A stretch of DNA of 57,326 nt from Minisyncoccota bacterium. GTDB lineage: Bacteria > Patescibacteriota > Minisyncoccia > Phycocordibacterales > UBA9973. Location of the stretch: NCBI GenBank assembly GCA_031972685.1, contig DALYEI010000002.1, positions 1 through 57,326 of the forward strand, in the 5' to 3' direction. The notes beneath the pieces are model-generated. The model made no database searches. It saw only the letters and a program-made list of their open reading frames with translations, and was not told the origin of the DNA. Positions 19,593 to 28,334 of the stretch are shown piece by piece. The position numbers and the translations under genes are program-made. How positions within the stretch are numbered: position 1 is the first letter of the stretch; every line of letters begins with the position of its first letter.

Positions 19593-21341
19593 ATGGAAAT
19601 AAAAACAAGAATTGAAAATCTAATAAAAGAAGCATTAAAAAAACTCGAGATAAATAGTGAGGCTTATTTTTCTGTGGAGCATCCAGCGGATCTTAAAATG
19701 GGGGATTATTCGACGAACGTCGCTATGGTTTATGCGAAGAATTTGAAAATGAATCCGAAAGATTTAGCAGAGAAGATAGTGAATCAAATTAAAAACCCCC
19801 AAGCCCCCTTATCAGGTGGTCAAGACTCCTCCTTGATAAGGGAGGATACAGGAGGGTTTATACAGGAAATTCAAATTGCAGGTGCAGGTTTTATTAATTT
19901 TTATTTATCAAAAGAATATTTTTATAAAAAGTTAAATAATATTTTAGAACTTGGTTCTAATTATGGAAGAAATAATATTCATAAAAATAAAAAGATTCTT
20001 ATTGAGCATTCAAGTCCAAATCTTTTCAAACCTTTTCATATTGGGCATGTTATGAATAATACTATAGGAGAATCTATAACTCGTTTTGCAAGATTTTCTG
20101 GAGCAGAAGTTGTAGAGATTTCATATCCTTCTGACGTTTCTTTTGGTATTGGGAAAGCTGTTTGGGCTTTATTAGAAGATGGGTTAGAAGTATTAAATAA
20201 CTTACCTAATGAAGCTTCGCAGTTAGCTTATCTTGGAGATTGTTATGTGAAAGGCAATAAAGCTTTAGTTGAAGATCCTAGTTTGGAAACGAGAATGCGT
20301 GAAATTACAAAGTTGATTTATGATCAAACTCCTAGTAAAGAATTAGAAGCATACAATATAGGTAAAAAGATTAATTTAGAATATTTTAAAATGATGACCA
20401 AGAAACTTGGTTCTCTGTTTGATGCTTTTATTTTTGAAAGCGAAGCTGGGAAAGAAGGGGAAAAATTAGTTAGAGAAAATACTCCTAATATTTTTACAGA
20501 ATCAGAAGGCGCGACGATATATAAAGGAGAACAAGACGGGCTTCATACTAGAGTTTTCATAAACAAAGAAGGATATCCAACTTATGAAGCTAAAGACGTA
20601 GGACTTTTATTTTTAAAATTCTCTCGTTATAATCCTGATTTATCTATATTTATCACAGACCACGAACAGTCAGAATATTTTAAAGTTGTAGTTTCGGCTG
20701 CTGGAAAGATAAATAAAGAATGGAAAGAAAAAACTATTCACAGAACTCACGGCAGAATGAGCTTTAAGGGACAGAAGATGTCTTCTCGTTTAGGAGGAGT
20801 TCCACTTGCTAGTGATTTAATAGAAGTTCTTTTAGCAGAGATAGAAGAACTTAAAAAAAATAAAGAAGAAGTAGATATTAAAGAAGATAGGGAAGCTGTA
20901 GCTATCTCGGCTTTGAAATTTGCTATTCTTAAAAGCGTAGCTGGTAAGAATATTAATTTTGATCCAGAAACTTCGTTATCTTTTGAAGGGGATTCAGGTC
21001 CTTATCTTCAGTATTCTACTGTGCGAGCGAACTCTGTTTTAGAGAAAGTTTCAAATGTTCAGTCTGATTTTTCTATTAAAAATGAAATTACTGAAGTAGA
21101 AAAATATTTAGATAGATTTGAGGAAGTTGTAGCTAAATGTATTAATGTTTGGGAGCCTCATCATATGGTAGATTATTTACTTGACTTGGCTCAAAGATTT
21201 AATTCTTGGTATGCGAAAGTAAAGATTATTGATGAAACTAATAAAGATATGGCTTATAACTTAGCTATTGTGAAAGCGTTTCATTCAACTATGCAAAACG
21301 GACTTTACCTCCTAGGTATTGAAAGTCCAGAGAAGATGTAA
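19593..21341 (+). CDS. argS: arginine--tRNA ligase
   Basis: HIGH-type motif PFHIGHVMNN and a DALR-like C-terminus. The start was set at MEIKTR, 1 nt after the dut stop. Confidence 0.9.
   Translation: MEIKTRIENLIKEALKKLEINSEAYFSVEHPADLKMGDYSTNVAMVYAKNLKMNPKDLAEKIVNQIKNPQAPLSGGQDSSLIREDTGGFIQEIQIAGAGFINFYLSKEYFYKKLNNILELGSNYGRNNIHKNKKILIEHSSPNLFKPFHIGHVMNNTIGESITRFARFSGAEVVEISYPSDVSFGIGKAVWALLEDGLEVLNNLPNEASQLAYLGDCYVKGNKALVEDPSLETRMREITKLIYDQTPSKELEAYNIGKKINLEYFKMMTKKLGSLFDAFIFESEAGKEGEKLVRENTPNIFTESEGATIYKGEQDGLHTRVFINKEGYPTYEAKDVGLLFLKFSRYNPDLSIFITDHEQSEYFKVVVSAAGKINKEWKEKTIHRTHGRMSFKGQKMSSRLGGVPLASDLIEVLLAEIEELKKNKEEVDIKEDREAVAISALKFAILKSVAGKNINFDPETSLSFEGDSGPYLQYSTVRANSVLEKVSNVQSDFSIKNEITEVEKYLDRFEEVVAKCINVWEPHHMVDYLLDLAQRFNSWYAKVKIIDETNKDMAYNLAIVKAFHSTMQNGLYLLGIESPEKM
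19805..19842 (+). repeat. GC-rich imperfect palindrome inserted in-frame in argS
   Basis: Arms cccttatca (19806-19814) and tgataaggg (19834-19842). It encodes part of NPQAPLSGGQDSSLIREDTGG. Confidence 0.6.
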
Positions 21342-21375
21342 TTGACATTTTTTCTTATTCTGATATCTTTAAAAT

Positions 21376-21567
21376 GAAATTTGAATTGCGTCTAATTGCT
21401 ACCAATGCTGTGAGGTGACGATTAAGTTCGTAAATTGGGTTAATCCCTGTTCTTTATTAAGCGATTTAGTTTGATTAATGAGACTGCCACATTTTTTTGT
21501 GTGAGGAAGGAGGGAAAGCAAAGAAACAAACAATTTCTACCTGCCGAACTAGGTTCGGCAGGTTTTT
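21376..21567 (+). ncRNA. candidate small RNA / orphan transcription unit
   Basis: TTGACA (21342-21347), a 16-nt spacer containing TG, and TATCTT (21364-21369) lie upstream. A strong terminator lies at 21540-21567 (10-bp GC-rich stem cctgccgaac/gttcggcagg plus T5). No convincing ORF lies between them. Confidence 0.3.
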
Positions 21568-21608
21568 AATTTGGTTTACAAAAATCTAACTTTTGGTATT
21601 ATAAAGAT

Positions 21609-21834
21609 AAGCTATGAAAGAGCAATCACTCTTTCGCTCTGTCAGTCTCGAATGACGGGGCAAGCTAGGGAAGAACACTTCGACTTCGCTCAGTGCAAGA
21701 CGAAATTAGTAGAACCCTATAAATGAGAAGTCCTTCTCTGCTAAAGCTATGAAGGATTAAAACCAAGGTGGTACCACGGGGAAACTCGTCCTTGAATTAT
21801 AACTTTATGTTGTAATTTGAGGACGAGTTTTTTT
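21609..21834 (+). promoter_or_regulatory. T-box leader (tRNA-sensing riboswitch) upstream of ileS
   Basis: Conserved T-box core aaaaccaaGGTGGTACCacgggg (about 21759-21780). A terminator follows, with arms aaactcgtcct (21782-21792) and aggacgagttt (21820-21830) plus a T-run. Its own promoter is TTTACA (21575-21580) / TGgTATTAT (21594-21602). Ile codons lie in candidate specifier positions (ATC 21625-21627, ATT 21705-21707). Confidence 0.7.
21676..21699 (+). repeat. 24-mer CACTTCGACTTCGCTCAGTGCAAG inside the T-box leader
   Basis: 23/24 identical to 16636-16659. Here it forms a hairpin, ttcgactt-loop-aagacgaa. Confidence 0.7.
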
Positions 21835-21853
21835 ATTAATTATTTTTTAAAAT

Positions 21854-24800
21854 ATGGAAAAAGAAAATCAAAAAAGTGAAAGTGCATTACGTGAAGAAAA
21901 GGTTTTAGAATTTTGGAATGAAAATAAAATCTTCCAAAAATCTATGGATGAGAGAGAAGGGGGGAAAGAATTTGTCTTCTACGAAGGGCCTCCGACTGCC
22001 AACGGTAAACCCGGAATTCATCACCTCGAAGCTCGCGCTTTTAAAGACGTGATCCCTCGTTATAAAACTATGCGTGGTTTTCACGTGCGTCGTAAAGGAG
22101 GTTGGGATACGCACGGACTCCCAGTCGAACTTCAAGTAGAGAAAAAATTAGGACTTAATTCTAAAAAGGCTATCGAAGAATACGGTATAGCGAAATTTAA
22201 TCGTGAATGTAAAGAAAATGTTTGGGAGTATTTAGAATTTTGGAATAATTTTACCGAACGTATTGGATACTGGGTAGATCAAAAAAATCCTTATGTTACT
22301 TATGAGAATAATTATATTGAATCTCTTTGGTCTGTAGTTAAAAAAATAGATGATCAAAAATTAATTTATAAGGATTATAAAATCGTGCCTTGGTGTCCAC
22401 GTTGCGGAACGACTTTATCTTCGCACGAGTTAGCGCAAGGTTACGAAGATGTGAAGGATTTATCTTTATATGTGAAGTTTCGTGTAGTTTCTTCGCCTGA
22501 TGCTTTTCCTCAGGTCCTCGGGTCGCAGGCTCAACCAGACCATTCAGAAAAGCATGCAGGCTCAGAAACTTTCATTCTCGCTTGGACTACTACACCTTGG
22601 ACCCTGCCTGGTAACGTCGCTCTCGCAGTCGGGGAAGATATTGAGTATGTAGAGGTTATTGCTTTAGACTGTGGAAATAAATATATTTTTGCTAAAGAAT
22701 TATTTAATAAAATAAAAGAAAAATTTACTTCAGAGATTGAGTTAGTTTCTGAATTTAAAGGCTCAGAATTAATCGGCTTAGAATACGAACCGCTTTTCCC
22801 TTATTTAGAAAATACAATTTCCGAAAGCGAAAAACCTAAATTAGAAAATGCTTTTAAGGTTTATCCTGCAGACTTCGTAACTACGGAAGACGGTACGGGG
22901 ATAGTGCATACTGCGGTGATGTACGGAGCAGACGATTTTGAGTTGGGTAATAAGGTTGGATTGCCGAAGCATCATTTAGTAAATCTCGAAGGTAAATTTA
23001 TCTCTGGTACGGATTTCTTAGAAGGACGCTTTGTGAAAGAAAAAGACGGCGGAGAAGTTAATGGTTTGGGTAAGCCGACTTTAGACGTAGATATTATTAA
23101 ATATTTACAAGAGAAAAATTTATTCTTCCATAAAGAACTTTATGAGCACTCATATCCTCATTGCTGGCGTTGCAAAACTGCTTTGATTTATTATGCACGC
23201 GATTCTTGGTATATCCGTATGTCGAGTCCAGAGATTAAAGATAAAATGATCGAAGAGAATAAAAGTATTAATTGGGAGCCTAGTCATATCCGCGAAGGGC
23301 GTTTTGGAGAATGGCTATCAGGTATTAAAGACTGGGCTATCTCTCGCGAGAGATATTGGGGAACACCCTTACCTATATGGGTTGCCGAAGATAAGGAAAT
23401 GCTCGTAGTAGATAGTATTGCAATGCTGAAAAATTATTCTAAAAAAAGTAATAATAAATATTTCGTAATGCGTCACGGTCAAACTAAAAATAATACTAAA
23501 AACTTAGTAAGCACTAAAATAGAAAAAGGTAGTCATCTTACGGATTTAGGTAAAGAGAATACGAAAATTTCTGCAGAATCTTTAAAAGATAAAAATATAG
23601 ATTTTATAATTTCTTCACCTTTTACTCGCACCTTAGAAACTTCAAAAATAATTACTGAAGTTTTAGGTATGTCCGAAGATAAAATACTGACTGATGCAAG
23701 GTTAGGGGAGATGCAAGTATTGTCTTATGAAGGTAAAAATTGGGACGAATATCATAAAGATTTTCCGAAGACTGTAGAGAATTTTGATAAGAAAAAAGAA
23801 GGAGATGAATCTTATCGTGACGTGCAAAAACGAGTGATGAATTTCCTTTTTGAAATAGAAGAGAAATATAAAGATAAAAATATTCTAATCGTGACTCACG
23901 GAGGTCCGGCTTGGCTTATGTCTTCAGGATCAGAGATGTTAAGTGTGGAAAGTACTTTAGAAATTATTTCTGATAAAAAAGATTTTCATTATCTTGATAA
24001 TTCTGAATTTTTAGAATTACCTTTCTTTAAATATCCTCATGATGAGAATTTTATTTTAGATTTACATCGTCCGTATATTGATGAAGTAGTTTTAGAGAAA
24101 AATGGTAAAGAATTCATTCGCACTAAAGAAGTTATGGATGTTTGGTTTGATTCGGGAGCTATGCCTTTTGCTCAAGATCATTATCCTTTCGAAAATAAAG
24201 AATTTATAGATGGTGCAGGCTATCCAGCTGACTTTATTTCTGAAGCTATTGATCAAACTCGTGGCTGGTTCTATACGCTTCATGCTGTGGGAACTTTGAT
24301 GGGTCGCGGTAAGGCTTATAAGAACGTTATTTGCTTAGGGCATTTACTAGATGCTAAAGGTAAAAAGATGAGTAAATCTCAAGGTAATATCGTTGAGCCC
24401 TTAAGTATGATAGCTAAATACGGAGTAGATACACTTCGCCTTTGGATGTATAGCGTGAATCAACCAGGGGAGAGTAAAAACTTTGATGAGAAAACTGTAG
24501 CGATACTACACAGTCAGGTTTTTGGTCTGCTTTATAACGTGCTCGCTTTTTATGAACTTTATCGAGATCGTGAATTAGAAACTAAAGAATTAGTAAAAAG
24601 TAAAAATATTTTAGATACTTGGATTTTGGCAAAGTTAAGTGAACTTGTAGAAGGAGTAACGAAAAACCTTGACACTTATAAAGTTTTAGAACCTACTCGT
24701 GCGATTCGTGATTTTATTGGAGATCTTTCTACTTGGTATTTACGTCGTTCACGTGAACGTATTAAAGAAGGGGAAAGTGAAGCAAAGCAAACTTTGTATT

Positions 24801-25417
24801 TTGTATTAAAAAATCTTGCGAAAGTTATGGCACCGTTTGCACCCTTTTCTGCAGAAGATATTTGGTTAAAACTTAGGCTGGAGAATGATAAAGAAAGCGT
24901 GCATTTGAGTGATTGGCCTAATGTCGCTGAGGATTTGCGGGACACGCCAGAGGTTGTAGAGAAAATGCAAAAAGTTCGTGATTTAGTTTCTACTGGTCTT
25001 CAAATTCGTCAAAAGAATAATCTGCCAGTGCGTCAGCCGCTTACTTCTTTCACTATAAATCTATCTGATTTAAATCAAGATTATGTAGAAATTATTAAAG
25101 ATGAATTGAATGTAAAAGAAGTTTTATCTGGTGAAGAAGTCAAGATTGATACGAATCTTACCGAAGAATTGAAACAAGAAGGAAATTATCGTGAATTTTT
25201 ACGTTCTGTGCAAGATTTGCGCAAGAAAGACGGCTTGATTCCTAGTGATATGATAACTTTATTTATTGAAACTAATGAAGAAGGTCAAACTTTGATTAAT
25301 AAATTTGAAACTGAATTTAAAAAAGTTGCTGGAATTAGTGAAATTAAATTTACTGAAAATGAAGGGGTAGAAGTAAAAGTAGGGGAATTAGTATTTAAAA
25401 TCAAAATACAAAAATAA
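21854..25417 (+). CDS. ileS: isoleucine--tRNA ligase with an inserted histidine-phosphatase-like domain
   Basis: PPTANGKPGIHH (HIGH), WTTTPWTLPGN (editing domain) and KMSKSQGN (KMSKS) motifs. About 200 extra residues lie between WGTPLPIW and DLHRPYID. Confidence 0.92.
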   Translation: MEKENQKSESALREEKVLEFWNENKIFQKSMDEREGGKEFVFYEGPPTANGKPGIHHLEARAFKDVIPRYKTMRGFHVRRKGGWDTHGLPVELQVEKKLGLNSKKAIEEYGIAKFNRECKENVWEYLEFWNNFTERIGYWVDQKNPYVTYENNYIESLWSVVKKIDDQKLIYKDYKIVPWCPRCGTTLSSHELAQGYEDVKDLSLYVKFRVVSSPDAFPQVLGSQAQPDHSEKHAGSETFILAWTTTPWTLPGNVALAVGEDIEYVEVIALDCGNKYIFAKELFNKIKEKFTSEIELVSEFKGSELIGLEYEPLFPYLENTISESEKPKLENAFKVYPADFVTTEDGTGIVHTAVMYGADDFELGNKVGLPKHHLVNLEGKFISGTDFLEGRFVKEKDGGEVNGLGKPTLDVDIIKYLQEKNLFFHKELYEHSYPHCWRCKTALIYYARDSWYIRMSSPEIKDKMIEENKSINWEPSHIREGRFGEWLSGIKDWAISRERYWGTPLPIWVAEDKEMLVVDSIAMLKNYSKKSNNKYFVMRHGQTKNNTKNLVSTKIEKGSHLTDLGKENTKISAESLKDKNIDFIISSPFTRTLETSKIITEVLGMSEDKILTDARLGEMQVLSYEGKNWDEYHKDFPKTVENFDKKKEGDESYRDVQKRVMNFLFEIEEKYKDKNILIVTHGGPAWLMSSGSEMLSVESTLEIISDKKDFHYLDNSEFLELPFFKYPHDENFILDLHRPYIDEVVLEKNGKEFIRTKEVMDVWFDSGAMPFAQDHYPFENKEFIDGAGYPADFISEAIDQTRGWFYTLHAVGTLMGRGKAYKNVICLGHLLDAKGKKMSKSQGNIVEPLSMIAKYGVDTLRLWMYSVNQPGESKNFDEKTVAILHSQVFGLLYNVLAFYELYRDRELETKELVKSKNILDTWILAKLSELVEGVTKNLDTYKVLEPTRAIRDFIGDLSTWYLRRSRERIKEGESEAKQTLYFVLKNLAKVMAPFAPFSAEDIWLKLRLENDKESVHLSDWPNVAEDLRDTPEVVEKMQKVRDLVSTGLQIRQKNNLPVRQPLTSFTINLSDLNQDYVEIIKDELNVKEVLSGEEVKIDTNLTEELKQEGNYREFLRSVQDLRKKDGLIPSDMITLFIETNEEGQTLINKFETEFKKVAGISEIKFTENEGVEVKVGELVFKIKIQK
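22496..22560 (+). repeat. GC-rich imperfect palindrome inserted in-frame in ileS
   Basis: Arms atgcttttc (22500-22508) and gaaaagcat (22547-22555), flanked by cctg/cagg. It encodes PDAFPQVLGSQAQPDHSEKHAG. Confidence 0.6.
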
Positions 25418-25418
25418 T

Positions 25419-26075
25419 ATGCGAAATATTTTAAAAATTTACGAACATTATAAAATAATGCCGAATCTGAGCTTGCATCAATTACGAGTTGCGAGCGTAA
25501 TATATTTAATTTACAAAAATTCAACTCTAAAAATAGATGAAAATATCGCGATTCAATCTGGATTACTGCACGATATGGGCAATATTGTGAAATTTGATTT
25601 AAATTATTACCCAGAATTCAATCAACCTTTAGGCTTAGCATATTGGCAAAATATTCAAAAAGAATTTAAAGAAAAATACGGTAACGATGAACACGAAGCA
25701 ACTCAAAAGATTTTAGAAGAATTAGGAATTGATAAAAGAGTTATAGAGATTGATAGTAAAATGATTTTTGGTAATTTATGTATTGATAAAGATAGTAATG
25801 ATTGGGAATTAAAGTTACTTCATTATGCTGATATGCGAGTTGGACCTTTTGGAATTCTATCTTATGAAGATCGGATGGAAGATGCGAGAAAAAGATATGA
25901 AAAAAAACTTGATGATGAAATGACTCGAGAAAAAGACAGGAGAGAAATATTGCTTGCTTGTGGTAAAGATATCGAGCGCCAAATCTTTGAAAATTGTTCT
26001 ATAAAACCTGAGGATATTAACGACGACTCAATAGCGCCTATAATCGAAGAATTAAAAGGATTTATGATAAAATAA
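25419..26075 (+). CDS. HD-domain phosphohydrolase
   Basis: LLHDMGN motif. The start lies 1 nt after the ileS stop. Confidence 0.65.
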   Translation: MRNILKIYEHYKIMPNLSLHQLRVASVIYLIYKNSTLKIDENIAIQSGLLHDMGNIVKFDLNYYPEFNQPLGLAYWQNIQKEFKEKYGNDEHEATQKILEELGIDKRVIEIDSKMIFGNLCIDKDSNDWELKLLHYADMRVGPFGILSYEDRMEDARKRYEKKLDDEMTREKDRREILLACGKDIERQIFENCSIKPEDINDDSIAPIIEELKGFMIK

Positions 26076-26079
26076 GAGT

Positions 26080-26646
26080 ATGAAAAAAGTTTACTTAATT
26101 CATGGATATGAAGGAGAGCCTAATGGAGGATGGAGACCTTGGTTAATGGGAAAGCTTGCAAAAGATAATATTTGGGCTTGCGCTCTTGCTATGCCAATGG
26201 CTGGTAGTCCAAAAAAAGAACAGTGGGTAAAAAAAATACAAGAAGAAATAGGAGAGCCTCATGAAGAAATATTTCTAGTCGGGCATTCTTTAGGTGTTCC
26301 TGCTATTTTAAATTTTTTAGAAAGTCTACCAAGCGGAAGTAAAATAGGTGGAGCAGTTCTTGTATCTGGGATTATTCATGTTATTCCTGACAAAGAACGT
26401 TACTTACCAATAAATCATTTTTTTGATAAAGATTTTAAATATCAATACATCAAAGATAGATGTAAAAATTTTGTTATTATTCATGCAAAAAATGATGAAA
26501 ATGTTCCTTATCAGCAGGCTGTTGATTTGTCAGAATCTTTGTTGGTGAAATTAATCACATTAGAAGAAGGTGGTCACCTTAATGCTTCATCAGGGTGCTA
26601 TGAACTACCAGAAGCATTAGAAGAATTAAAAAAGATGATGAATTAA
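26080..26646 (+). CDS. alpha/beta serine hydrolase (YdeN/RBBP9-like)
   Basis: IHGYEG N-terminus, nucleophile elbow GHSLG, and late D and H residues (NDENVP, GGH). Confidence 0.7.
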   Translation: MKKVYLIHGYEGEPNGGWRPWLMGKLAKDNIWACALAMPMAGSPKKEQWVKKIQEEIGEPHEEIFLVGHSLGVPAILNFLESLPSGSKIGGAVLVSGIIHVIPDKERYLPINHFFDKDFKYQYIKDRCKNFVIIHAKNDENVPYQQAVDLSESLLVKLITLEEGGHLNASSGCYELPEALEELKKMMN

Positions 26647-26649
26647 ATT

Positions 26650-27048
26650 ATGAAAACTATTTTAGTTGATGCGGTCTATACATTTATTATAAAAAATTCT
26701 AATAATGAATTTGAAATTTTTCAAGAAATGTTTGAATTACTTGAACAATACCCAAATCAAAAACTTGTTTTAACAAATGCTTCTGATGATAAATTTGAAT
26801 TATATAAATTAAATGAGTTACCTTATAATTTTTTTACGCTAAAACATAACCCAGAAAAAACAAATCCAGAATATTTTAAGATTTTATTAAATACTTATAA
26901 TTTAAAAGCAGAAGATGTGATTTATTTTGAACACAGTATAGAGGCTGTAAAAAGCGCAGAATCAGTAAGAATTAAATCATATTTTTATGATGAAAATAAA
27001 AAAGATTTAGTAGGTTTAAAAAATTTTCTAGATACTAATTTAAACTAA
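26650..27048 (+). CDS. hypothetical protein, possibly HAD-like
   Basis: N-terminal ILVDAVYTF resembles HAD motif I, but the second Asp is missing. Confidence 0.3.
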   Translation: MKTILVDAVYTFIIKNSNNEFEIFQEMFELLEQYPNQKLVLTNASDDKFELYKLNELPYNFFTLKHNPEKTNPEYFKILLNTYNLKAEDVIYFEHSIEAVKSAESVRIKSYFYDENKKDLVGLKNFLDTNLN

Positions 27049-27082
27049 ATGCATCATATTTATCATACTGAGGGGATAATAT
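27049..27082 (+). repeat. copy A of the 34-bp recO 5'-end duplication
   Basis: atgcatcaTatttatcatactgaggggataatat, 33/34 identical to 28335-28368. It translates to MHHIYHTEGII followed by a stop. Confidence 0.9.
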
Positions 27083-27089
27083 AAAAAAC

Positions 27090-28331
27090 ATGGAAAACTT
27101 TAAGAAAATTGAAAGCAAAACTTTAGAAGAGCATAAAAATGAACTTGAAAGACAATTTCATATTTTTAAACTTTCTTACATTGAAAGACTTTATGATAAA
27201 AAAATTCCACCTCTTGAAGAAAGTTTTATTGATATTAAATATGGTGAAAATGATGAAATAATTGAAAAAGAAATTAAAATAAATACTGATGATTTTAATA
27301 TGCTTCTCGGTAGATATACTGATATTTTAAGATCATTTGTTATTGCACATAAAAAAATAGAGAATCCGGATTCTAGGGTAGGTTGGACTGATGAAGAATA
27401 CGATGCTATTTCAAAAATATATATTGAAAAGATTAAAGAATTTTATCGTGTCGATAAAACAAAATGGATTGAAAATACTATGCTTTTATTGGATGAAATG
27501 AATAATAAATTAAAAAATGAAAAAATAGAAAATCTTTTAGATAATGATAGATCAGGCCTAATTTCAACAGAAATTATTACAGATCAAAGATTAGAAAATA
27601 TTTTAAAAAACACCAATATACCTTTTAACAAATATGATAAATACTTAGAATTACATTTAAGACCACTAGTTGAATTACAATATGGAAAATCAGAAGTAAA
27701 TATTTTTTCCGAAGATTCCTTAAAACAATTAGCATTAGATATAGTTGATAAATATCGAGAAGTAAAAGGAATAATCGGACAGTCTTGGATTTTAGATACT
27801 CCTATTGCTGAAAGAATTGGGTTTAAGCAGTTGAAAAAAACAATAAGTATGACTCCATCATTTTGGGGCCAATTTCAAGATGCAAAAGGGCAGTTAGTTA
27901 AAGAAAGAATTAATAAATTACTCGAAACAGGTAAACCACCTTATATGGTGGTTATGGGTATTATTGATGTCATTGATTTTTTGAAAAAATATTTACCAAA
28001 TGAAAGAAAAGGAGAAGTTATTTTAAAAGAAAAAAATGAAGATTTCGATTATAAATCTTTTAATGATGCTAATATAAAAGGAAATCTAATGCGTTGGGAT
28101 GATATGTCTTTAAGTGAAGTAGAGAACTATATTGAAAGTAATAAGTTTTTAAAAATGTTTTTTGAAACAGAGGAAGGTAAAAATTCAAAAGATTTATTTA
28201 TAAAACTTAAAAAAGAAAATATAAAATTAGAAAACTTAAGATCAAATCAAGAATGGCAAGATTATGCTCAAAAATTTAATAAATTTATCGATTCTTTAAT
28301 GTTTAAAGAAAAGAAAGTTTTTATAGAATAA
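27090..28331 (+). CDS. hypothetical protein (413 aa), no family recognised
   Basis: Long uninterrupted ORF bracketed by the 34-bp direct repeats. The TAATAT inside repeat copy A lies 7 nt upstream of its ATG. Confidence 0.5.
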   Translation: MENFKKIESKTLEEHKNELERQFHIFKLSYIERLYDKKIPPLEESFIDIKYGENDEIIEKEIKINTDDFNMLLGRYTDILRSFVIAHKKIENPDSRVGWTDEEYDAISKIYIEKIKEFYRVDKTKWIENTMLLLDEMNNKLKNEKIENLLDNDRSGLISTEIITDQRLENILKNTNIPFNKYDKYLELHLRPLVELQYGKSEVNIFSEDSLKQLALDIVDKYREVKGIIGQSWILDTPIAERIGFKQLKKTISMTPSFWGQFQDAKGQLVKERINKLLETGKPPYMVVMGIIDVIDFLKKYLPNERKGEVILKEKNEDFDYKSFNDANIKGNLMRWDDMSLSEVENYIESNKFLKMFFETEEGKNSKDLFIKLKKENIKLENLRSNQEWQDYAQKFNKFIDSLMFKEKKVFIE

Positions 28332-28334
28332 AAT

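Noticed and set aside
21374-21418. 14-codon ORF (MKFELRLIATNAVR) at the start of the orphan transcription unit
   Set aside because: The ATG lies only 4 nt from the putative -10 element, which does not match the 6-7 nt leaderless spacing seen elsewhere. There is no SD, and the ORF is too short to evaluate.
21480-21530. gaggaaggagggaaagca resembles the RNase P (GAGGAAAGUCC) or SRP (GGAAGGAAGCAGC) conserved cores
   Set aside because: The match is partial only. The unit is far too short for RNase P, and the flanking helices expected for SRP RNA are absent.
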